DNA from: Sulfidibacter corallicola
GTDB lineage: Bacteria > Acidobacteriota > Holophagae > Acanthopleuribacterales > Acanthopleuribacteraceae
DNA length: 64,000 bases
NCBI RefSeq assembly: GCF_017498545.1
Contig: NZ_CP071793.1
Location: forward strand, 7,308,256 to 7,372,255
Reading direction: 5' to 3'
A program made the position numbers and the translations under genes. Under the pieces are notes generated by a model that was not told the DNA's origin, did not search any database, and was given only the letters and a program-made list of their open reading frames with translations. Position 1 is the first letter of the stretch, and every line of letters starts with the position of its first letter. Below are positions 58,635 through 64,000 of this stretch, in pieces.

Positions 58635-61600
58635 TTATTGAGTCGGGAGGTTTTTGCCCCATCTCCATTTGGCTTTGAAGGTGCCGGTCGCGTGGCCCTT
58701 CTTCTCGATGATCCAATTTTTTTCGTTGGTGATACCCTTCCACATGCCGTTGACCAACGCCTCCGCAAAGGCATCGTCGTCGAGGGTCTCAATGGATTCT
58801 TCGAAAGTGTAGAGCTCGACAAGGTGGCCGTCCTCTCGAATGGTGAAGATGGCATTCCGTGAGGGGCGGTAGTACAGTTCGATGGACGTGGCGTCGACAG
58901 GCACGATGATGGCGTTGTGTTCATCCCACATGGCCGCGACTTTTCCTCCTCGGAATTCCACTTTGATCAGGTGATCTCCCGGTAGAAAGTCTACGGAGGT
59001 GTTTTTCAGCATATCGAAATACCAGTCGAGCGTCTGTTTTTCCGCTTCACCCCACACTTCATTCCACACGAAACTCGAGATGACAAAGTACAGAAACGAA
59101 TGTTGGGGAATACTGGTGGCACCCTTTCCGGCTGCGATGGCCATGCCCACCATATTGTTCACCCCGGTGAGGGCCTCGTTGTAGGCTTGGCCGTAGTTGT
59201 TGTGTATCTTACTCACCATTCCGGCTAGGCTCGGTGAAAAGATGTGGATTTCTTGAGTTTCGAGGGCCAGCCATTCGAGAGCTTTCACATTCGTGATGCG
59301 ACGTGCTTGTTTTTTCTTGTCCTTTTTCTGGCTCGTCAACCCATCGGGATCGATGCGGTTGACCGGATTGTTACGAGCGTATTGGTAGAGGTTGTGGCTT
59401 ATCGGGGTCAGGCCGAAATCCCGGGCCGGATCGGGCCGCGTGAAGGCGAAGTGGAACGGCGCGTAGGAGCGCTTCATCATGTACACCAAGCCGGCGGCTG
59501 GATCGTTGGCGTGGCCGGTAAAACCGCCTTCACCACTTCGGATTCCACCGGAGGGCATGGCTTCCCCGAACGGCGTATAGCCGTACGCCTGGTGTTGTTT
59601 CGACTGGTCGATGGTGTACACCACGCTGCCCAGGTAATCGCTGAACAGCAGGCGGTGCCCTGCGGTTTCGTCGGTTGCGCTTTCGAACACCCGCTCCCCG
59701 TTGAATTGGACGTAGGCCTTCCAATGGTTTTCGCTACCTTCGCCCGTCACGAATGCTTCCGCGGTTTGCTCCTGCACCCGGAAACTGTAGGTGGTTCGAT
59801 TCGTGGTCGTGACACGGACCCGATTCCCGAAGGGATCGTAGACCGCCTGTTGCACGGGCGAGCCGTCCTGATCGGTGACGAGCACCAGCCGGTCCAAGGC
59901 GTCGTACCGGTAGCGGTAGGTGCCGTCGTCCAACAGGTTCCCGTTGGGACTGTACCGGTGACCTTCGAGGCGATTGTCGACGTAGGCCGGCGAGGAGCCG
60001 CCGCCATAGTCGAAACTGTCGATGCCACTCAACGAGGACGTGCGCTGCAGCATGTTGCCGAAGGCATCGTAGCCGTAGTCGATGGATTCCTGGCCGAGCT
60101 GGAAACGGGTCAACTGGCCGAATGTGTCGTAGGTGAACGTGCTCGCGACGGGGCCGTTGCCATCGGTTTGGGTCTGGTAACCCGTCAAATGGCCGCGCAG
60201 GTCGTAGGCCATCGCATCGGTGACGTGATGCGCCCACAGGGTTTCCCGTTGGGACCAGGTCCCGGTGGCGCGCAGGTCCCGGCCGACGGGGCGACCGAAG
60301 GTGTCGTTGCGGTAGAAGACGTCCGCGAAGCGGGTGCCGAAGGCGCCCTTGTAACGGAAGTGTCGTACCCCACCGTCGCGGCCGTAGCCGTTTTGACCCA
60401 GGGCCGCCATCTCGATCACGGCTTCCGCGATGGGGATGGATTGGCTGCCGGACTCCAAAAAGGCGGCCATGTGGTTGCCGATCTGGTCGAAGGTCCAGGA
60501 TTGGGCGCGCCCGGAAGGCATGGTCAGGCGCTTCAGGTTGCCGAAGGCGTCGTACTCCATGGCGAATCTACCGTGCAGGGTCGTGGCGGGGTTGTAGTCG
60601 GGAACACTGTCTCCGCGGGTTCCTCCGGCCGCGTCCGGCTCGGGAAAATGGGCGCTGAGGTAGAGTCGCACGTCTTCGCCCTCATCGTAGGGGCACATGC
60701 CGTTGTTGGAAGTTGCACAGAACGTCGATTCGACCTCTACGTCGACTCGACCCTGGTAGGCGGCCTGCCAATCACAGGCGATGCGAATGGGAAACCCGTT
60801 CATCGGGAAGCTGGCCAAGGTCATCGACCTGCCGTCGATTTGGATATGGTCTCCATAGGCCAAGCCCGCATAGTAGGCCGCGTCCCAGGAGAAGGGGCCT
60901 TCGCCCAGGGTCAGGGTCCCGTTGAGTGCCTGGTTCTCGCCGTGCAGGTCCCGAAGCGTCGTCGTCAGGCGGTCGTCACCATTTTCGGCCGAACCGAAAT
61001 CGAGGACCGCGTCGTCATAGGCCAGCCGATCGGTCACCACGAAGGATACCGGCATGGTCAGGGTCGGAGTGTTGAAGAAGGCGTCGCGGGTCTGGCCACT
61101 CGCTGGATCGTAACTGCCGTAGTAGGAGCGAGCGATCGGTTCCAGGGTTACGCTGCCACGCGTGACGCCCATATGGGCCCAGGTGATCCAGCCCTGGAGG
61201 GGGAACGCGTGGCTTTTAGCCAAACCGGCGCCGCCCGTGACCTTCCATTCGAAACTGGATGCGGTATCGAAGAAGTCGTCGAATTCGGACGAGAAGGTGA
61301 CCTGGTATTGCACCCAGTCGGCGTGTCGGGAGGCCAAAAAGATGTTGGGGTCCACCGTGTTGTAGGTGTGTTGGCCCAACATGTGGGACTGGAAACGCAA
61401 CTCCGAGAGCGGGTTGCCTTGGGTGTCCACGAATTCGGTCGGGGCTGCGACAGAAGAATCCAGAACCCGAACCGACACACTGAAGTAGGAACGGCCGACC
61501 GGGATGTCGTCGGGATCGCCGGGACCGTCGTAGCCGTTCACGACCACGATGGAATCGAGCCGCACGTTGTTGGTGAACGTGGCTTCGCCAGGCTCACCCT

Positions 61601-63956
61601 CGTACCGGAGGTAGACCTTCAGATAATTGGATGGTGCGACCAGAAGCCCCTGGAACCATCCTGGCCGGCTTTCCCCGTTGAAATCGATGCTTTCCCGGTG
61701 CTCGATGACGTGACTGGGTCCCAAAAGGGTCCAGGGGCCCGAAACCATGATGGAACCGCGGATGGAATTGTCGGCAAGGGGATTGCGGACCCAGAGTTCG
61801 ATCACGTCACCGCGCATCAGGGTACCCAGATCCAGGTGGTGCGCCAGCAAGGTGTCGTCATCGGGTCGCGTCAGGAACATCTTGCCGATATCGGCGGCCT
61901 CGCCGGCCAGAGGGATTTCGAAGGTTTGCGGACCACGCAGATCCTGCGCGTAGTGAATGCGCAGCAAGCCCTCGCGGCGACCGGTGGTTCCATTGGGATG
62001 GAACTGGACCCGCATCGTGTGTCCCCAGGCGCCGTAACTGTAGGGCAGCGTATTGGCGAAGGTTCCCGTACCGTTGTCGATCACGCCCCCAAAACTGAAG
62101 TATTGGCTGGTGCCTGCCTGAACCTGCCCGTTTACCACGTCGTGAACGGTAATCTGTAGGTCGGATATGGGGATGGACGAGGTTTCGGTGCCGTTGTTGA
62201 TGCGCCGGGTTTGGCTGACCGTTCCGTGGGGTTCGCCAGTCCCGCCGAAATCGATCGAATCCGTGGCGAGCAACAAGGTGCCTCGGGTCTTTTCCTCGTC
62301 GATGCAGGCCAGGGTGTAGCCGGGCAGTGCCGTACTTCGCGGTCCGTCGACCGTGCCGACGGCGAAGGTTTCCTCGGTGTAATGACCACAGAAGCTCGGA
62401 TCGTCGTAGGTGAAACGGGTGACGAGGATGCCGTTCTCGTCGGTCCTGTTCTGGCCATGGGGTAGGGGGGCATCGGCCAGCTCGAGAAAACCGTCTCTCT
62501 TTCGGCGGACGAACACGGGTTGATTGGGCTGTGGCGGGACCGTGCGGATTTCGAGACGAACGATGTCGCCCAGTCGATATTGGGGGAAGGAGCTGTCGTT
62601 GCGGGTGGCGTAGACCCGGAAATCAGGGGAATCGCCGTCGCCGGGGCCGATGTCCAGGGATTCGGTCCGCCAGGATGTCCAGGTCGGGGTCCCGCCGTTG
62701 TCGCGATAGCCCCGGACGCGCCAGGAGTAGGCCTGCTCCTCGATCAACATGGGCCAGGGAATTTCGGCCCGATTCTCGGTCAGGCCGAATTGCGACCAGA
62801 GCAGGGCGCCATTTTCCAGCAGCTCCAGATCATAGGTCCAGCCGGCACCCATCGAGGCCCAGATAAAATGTGTCTGGCTTCCTTTGGTCACACTGCCGTT
62901 GGGCCTCAGTCCGACCGGCCCTTCCGGCTGCCGGGGAATGAGCACGTCGAGCGTGCTGGGCCGGTTGGCGGTGTCGTAGCCGAATTGGTAGGTCACACCC
63001 TCGGCCGTCGTGGCACTTGCCAGGAGATCGTTGGTGGGATCGTAATGGTATTCCCGCAGGGGGGTCACCTGGGGTTCGATCTGTTCCAACCCGATATTGC
63101 GGTCCGCGTTGTCGTAGAGGAACCGAGTCGTGTGTTCCGGGGTGGTGCGGCTTGCCAGACGGCCGTAGCCGTCGTAATGGTAGACGATGTCGCCTTCGAT
63201 TTCGGGATGGCGCTCCCACTGGATGCGGCCCAGGAGGTCGCGGGCTACGGTACGGACCTGGCCCTCGTCGCAGTAGGGTCGCGTTTGGGTTTCGATGCCG
63301 GTGCCGGTCTGGGTGTGACTGTAGCAGACGAAATCCTGAACGGCGCCCATGTTCCTGCCCGTCCTGACCAGGCGACCGAGAGGATCCGTCTCGGAATAGG
63401 TGGTTTCGAAGTCCAGGTCTCCCGGTTGTTTGGATACCCGCTCGGTGACGACGGTGTGTCCCTCCGGCGTCATGTCGTACGTCGTTTCGGCGTACTTGTG
63501 AACCGCGCCCTGGTCATCCAGAAGCAGGATCTCGCGCTCTCGGCCGAAGACGTCCTTCGAAACCAGGACCTCACCGCCGTAGGCGTTGCGGCTCTTTACC
63601 AGTTCCGCTCCTTCGTACAGCTTTTCGTCGGCGCGTTTCCATAGGTCGTGGCCGTGCGAGACCAGGGTGTCGCGATACTGCTCGCGACCGAATCGGTCGA
63701 GCACCTGGGTGGTGGCCGAGCCGGCGCCTTCCTGGACCTGTTTGCTGAAAATATTGCCGTTGAGGATGTCGGTCGGACTCGGGTAGATGTGGCGCAGGGG
63801 CTCCACGGCGTCGGGAGACTCCCAGAGCGGGCGGCCGACGTCGTCGTAGGTGTAGGTCACGGCGGTGCCGTTCTGAACCACGCGAACCGGTCGACCCAAC
63901 GCATCGAATTGGGTTTCGGTTTCGAGGGGTGAATCGCTGGTGCGTTCGGTGTCCAC
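58635..63956 (-). CDS. RHS/YD-repeat polymorphic toxin. A core with many YD repeats ends in the DPxGL motif, followed by a ~280-aa C-terminal variable toxin domain of unknown type.
   Basis: Dozens of YD motifs (TYTYDDVGRPL, YHYDGYGRLASR, YRYDALDRLV...). Core end ...RNNPVNRIDPDGL. The C-terminal tip (58635-59330) has clearly lower GC than the core. The N-terminus lies near the window end and may extend beyond it. Confidence 0.85.
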   Translation of the reverse strand: MDTERTSDSPLETETQFDALGRPVRVVQNGTAVTYTYDDVGRPLWESPDAVEPLRHIYPSPTDILNGNIFSKQVQEGAGSATTQVLDRFGREQYRDTLVSHGHDLWKRADEKLYEGAELVKSRNAYGGEVLVSKDVFGREREILLLDDQGAVHKYAETTYDMTPEGHTVVTERVSKQPGDLDFETTYSETDPLGRLVRTGRNMGAVQDFVCYSHTQTGTGIETQTRPYCDEGQVRTVARDLLGRIQWERHPEIEGDIVYHYDGYGRLASRTTPEHTTRFLYDNADRNIGLEQIEPQVTPLREYHYDPTNDLLASATTAEGVTYQFGYDTANRPSTLDVLIPRQPEGPVGLRPNGSVTKGSQTHFIWASMGAGWTYDLELLENGALLWSQFGLTENRAEIPWPMLIEEQAYSWRVRGYRDNGGTPTWTSWRTESLDIGPGDGDSPDFRVYATRNDSSFPQYRLGDIVRLEIRTVPPQPNQPVFVRRKRDGFLELADAPLPHGQNRTDENGILVTRFTYDDPSFCGHYTEETFAVGTVDGPRSTALPGYTLACIDEEKTRGTLLLATDSIDFGGTGEPHGTVSQTRRINNGTETSSIPISDLQITVHDVVNGQVQAGTSQYFSFGGVIDNGTGTFANTLPYSYGAWGHTMRVQFHPNGTTGRREGLLRIHYAQDLRGPQTFEIPLAGEAADIGKMFLTRPDDDTLLAHHLDLGTLMRGDVIELWVRNPLADNSIRGSIMVSGPWTLLGPSHVIEHRESIDFNGESRPGWFQGLLVAPSNYLKVYLRYEGEPGEATFTNNVRLDSIVVVNGYDGPGDPDDIPVGRSYFSVSVRVLDSSVAAPTEFVDTQGNPLSELRFQSHMLGQHTYNTVDPNIFLASRHADWVQYQVTFSSEFDDFFDTASSFEWKVTGGAGLAKSHAFPLQGWITWAHMGVTRGSVTLEPIARSYYGSYDPASGQTRDAFFNTPTLTMPVSFVVTDRLAYDDAVLDFGSAENGDDRLTTTLRDLHGENQALNGTLTLGEGPFSWDAAYYAGLAYGDHIQIDGRSMTLASFPMNGFPIRIACDWQAAYQGRVDVEVESTFCATSNNGMCPYDEGEDVRLYLSAHFPEPDAAGGTRGDSVPDYNPATTLHGRFAMEYDAFGNLKRLTMPSGRAQSWTFDQIGNHMAAFLESGSQSIPIAEAVIEMAALGQNGYGRDGGVRHFRYKGAFGTRFADVFYRNDTFGRPVGRDLRATGTWSQRETLWAHHVTDAMAYDLRGHLTGYQTQTDGNGPVASTFTYDTFGQLTRFQLGQESIDYGYDAFGNMLQRTSSLSGIDSFDYGGGSSPAYVDNRLEGHRYSPNGNLLDDGTYRYRYDALDRLVLVTDQDGSPVQQAVYDPFGNRVRVTTTNRTTYSFRVQEQTAEAFVTGEGSENHWKAYVQFNGERVFESATDETAGHRLLFSDYLGSVVYTIDQSKQHQAYGYTPFGEAMPSGGIRSGEGGFTGHANDPAAGLVYMMKRSYAPFHFAFTRPDPARDFGLTPISHNLYQYARNNPVNRIDPDGLTSQKKDKKKQARRITNVKALEWLALETQEIHIFSPSLAGMVSKIHNNYGQAYNEALTGVNNMVGMAIAAGKGATSIPQHSFLYFVISSFVWNEVWGEAEKQTLDWYFDMLKNTSVDFLPGDHLIKVEFRGGKVAAMWDEHNAIIVPVDATSIELYYRPSRNAIFTIREDGHLVELYTFEESIETLDDDAFAEALVNGMWKGITNEKNWIIEKKGHATGTFKAKWRWGKNLPTQ

Positions 63957-64000
63957 CTTACCGTCGGGTCGGTTGATTTTGCCGGGTCGACCGAAACGGT

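Overview
This is a high-GC (about 65-70%) bacterial chromosomal window that looks like an accessory region with a myxobacteria-like or similar flavour. Going from left to right it contains the following.

- A 5'-truncated NRPS/PKS-like megasynthase (adenylation-domain tail, FAAL-type AMP-binding, KR, PCP, terminal thioester reductase), followed in the same direction by an ATP-grasp-like protein.
- A roughly 700 bp low-GC noncoding element full of inverted and direct repeats.
- A secreted metzincin protease.
- A tight six-gene minus-strand operon built around an acyl carrier protein: AMP-ligase, class I aminotransferase, AsnB-like amidotransferase, ACP, hexapeptide acetyltransferase, GNAT.
- A membrane polyferredoxin.
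- A retron-type reverse transcriptase (NAxxH, QGxxxSP, YADD and VTG motifs) that sits about 490 bp downstream of a 967-aa all-alpha protein of unknown function, with a structured intergenic region between them. This is the best candidate here for a new RT-based, presumably defensive, system.
- MITE-like repeat families directly 3' of the RT, which recur around a lower-GC TetR/DoxX/DUF1508 islet.
- Secreted and Ca-motif proteins, tag (3-methyladenine glycosylase I), an SPFH protein and a tRNA-Phe-like sequence with imperfect stems.
- An M36 fungalysin-type protease, a CMD/AhpD-like protein, an ECF sigma factor with a C-terminal extension, a CadC-like TPR regulator, a prolyl oligopeptidase and an FHA-AAA+ protein.
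- Two tandem BNR-repeat paralogues, a lipoprotein 5'-nucleotidase and a PhoD phosphatase.
- A very large RHS/YD-repeat toxin whose C-terminal tip has lower GC.

I ignored the many long antisense ORFs in the track because they are typical GC-rich reading-frame artefacts.
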